Below are positions 21,766 to 23,444 of a DNA stretch of 23,444 nucleotides, piece after piece; the stretch's first letter is position 1, and each line of letters begins with the position of its first letter. This stretch comes from Piromyces finnis finn (lineage: Eukaryota; Fungi; Neocallimastigomycota), in NCBI GenBank assembly GCA_002104945.1, contig MCFH01000152.1:1-23444 (forward strand). The letters are read 5' to 3'. Made by a program: the position numbers and the translations under genes. The notes under the pieces are model-generated. The model ran no database searches, was not told the DNA's origin, and worked only from the letters and a program-made list of their open reading frames with translations.

Positions 21766-21869
21766 TACGAATTTAAATTACGAATTTTAACTACGAATTA
21801 AAACTACGAATTTTAACTACGAATTAAAACTACGAATTTTAATCACGAATTTTAACCACGAATTTTAAA
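21766..21869. repeat. Eight tandem copies of a 13-bp unit, consensus [t/c]acgaattttaac
   Basis: Units start at 21766, 21779, 21792, 21805, 21818, 21831, 21844 and 21857. Confidence 0.95.
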
Positions 21870-22032
21870 TTAGAAAAAACTAAAGTTTTAAAATAATACA
21901 TTTAGATGATATTTATACATGATTATTAAATTTAGCTATAATATTATTAATAAACTATTACTAATAGAATTTTTAAAGTTATATTAAATATAAATAATTT
22001 TAACTAATTAGATTCATTTTTTGTGTTTAAAG

Positions 22033-23444
22033 TTAGTCAAATGTTTCTTGGTTCTTTTTCATTGGTTCATTTGTTAAATCGATTTCTATTTGAAAGTTCG
22101 AAAGTTTTCTTTTCTTAAGTTCATTACTAATTACGGCTTCGGAAGCGGGGAAGATTTCCTTTAATTCGTTATCAATTATCAAAGCATTGATTCTTTTACT
22201 AATACTTTCGATTTTATTTCTAAGTTCTTCTGTTTCCTTCCATTGGGCAGTTAATTGTTTTTCCGTTTTATTAACCTTTCTAGTAAGTTCGATGCGTTCG
22301 GCCTTTGGGTTTAGATCATATCTAAGGTCGTTGATTTTTTGATTTAATTTGTTGAATTTTCTTTTAACTTCTACTTGAGTGTTTCCTGTTTGAAGAAGTT
22401 GAATTTCGTCTTTTACCTTTTTAATTTCTTGATTAAACTGTTCCTTTCTGTCCAAGACTTCTTTTAAGTCTTCGCATCTTAAATTAATCTGCTTTTTATA
22501 TTGTTTTTCATAATAAGTGTTTTCTTCTAATAGGTTAATAATTTGTTCTTTCAAGCTTTTGAATAGTTTATCCTGATTTCGATACCATTTGTATAGGTAA
22601 TCCTTTAATTCTTCTTGTTTATTGCTTTCGATTAATGAATTGATTGTAACTTTAAAGACTTTGAAGTCGGTGTCTTCTTTCTTTTCATTATTGTTTGATG
22701 ATTCCTTATCTTTTAATTCAATTGTGTTGATTATAAATCTAGTGAGTTCATTTCCTCTATGTTGTTTATCTGTTGTGGATTAGCTATAGTATTATTGTTT
22801 ACTTCATTACTTTGTTCCATTTTGATAAATCTTGATAATAGGTCCGCTATTTTGTTATCTTTTCCTTCTATGTAGCAAGGTATAACATTAAAATTGCAAA
22901 TATTCTCGAATAGTCGTAGCTTTCTATTTGTTTCGACTTTGGAACCAGAGTTGATATAGATTACTAGGTTCTTGTGGTCCGTGGCGCAATAGATTTTTTG
23001 TCCCTGTTGAAGTAATAATCTGTAGTGATGAAGAGTATCTGAAAGGGCTAGCAGTTCACGATCAAAAGTCGAGTATTTTCTCTCAGTTGAATTTAGTTTT
23101 CTTGAAAAGAAACCTATTGGCTTTAAATATTTTTTAAGTTCTGTTAAACTATTATTCTTTATTTCAAATGTATTCATAGCCTCATTTAATTTCATTGGAG
23201 GATCGATATCTTCACGATTTTTGGCTTTATCGGATTTATTATTTTTGCGTCCATAATGTCCGTTATACGTCCACTTCTTATGACCAAATAGATTTTCGAT
23301 TGTTTACGATTGACATTATTCTTGTATACGTTACTTAAAATGTAATTTTGAACATGTACATGGGGGCCCTCCGCTTGGAAAATTGCGGCACCAATTCCGA
23401 TTTCCGAGGCGTCGGTTAGAAAAAAAATGTCATGGTTAGGTTTG
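22033..23444 (-). pseudogene. Second copy of the RT-RNase H-coiled-coil family (RNase H plus coiled coil to the natural stop), frameshifted, running off the window end
   Basis: The reverse complement encodes KPNHDIF..TDASEIGIGAAIFQ, PIGFFSRKLNSTERKYSTFDRELLAL, ATDHKNL, IADLLSR, then LKEQIINLLEENT...INALIIDNELKEIF...ETFD*. It is homologous to ~14990-16276. Confidence 0.92.

Overview
Extremely AT-rich eukaryotic DNA, most consistent with a fungus (possibly an anaerobic gut fungus; inference only). No host genes are recognisable and the window is essentially a cluster of mobile elements. (1) 1-8117: two near-identical copies of a Ty3/gypsy chromovirus (element A) lie tail-to-tail, forming a ~3.56-kb inverted repeat. 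The minus-strand copy has gag, PR, RT, RNase H, IN, chromodomain, a 722-bp 5' LTR and a perfect 11-nt Tf1-type self-priming PBS. (2) 8118-11334: non-coding AT-rich spacer. (3) 11335-~19675: a second chromovirus (element B) whose pol carries an in-frame 849-codon insertion of a foreign RT-RNase H-coiled-coil module, giving one reading frame with two RTs and two RNase H domains. (4) ~19684-21303: an endogenous CRESS-DNA (ssDNA) virus segment with an intact capsid ORF, a hairpin-tiled intergenic region, back-to-back poly(A) signals and a convergent gemini/genomovirus-like Rep C-terminus, located where element B's PPT and 3' LTR should be. (5) 22033-23444: a second, synonymously diverged copy of the RT-RNase H-coiled-coil module that ends without an integrase, suggesting an integrase-less reverse-transcribing element family. 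Many single-base indels resemble long-read consensus errors.
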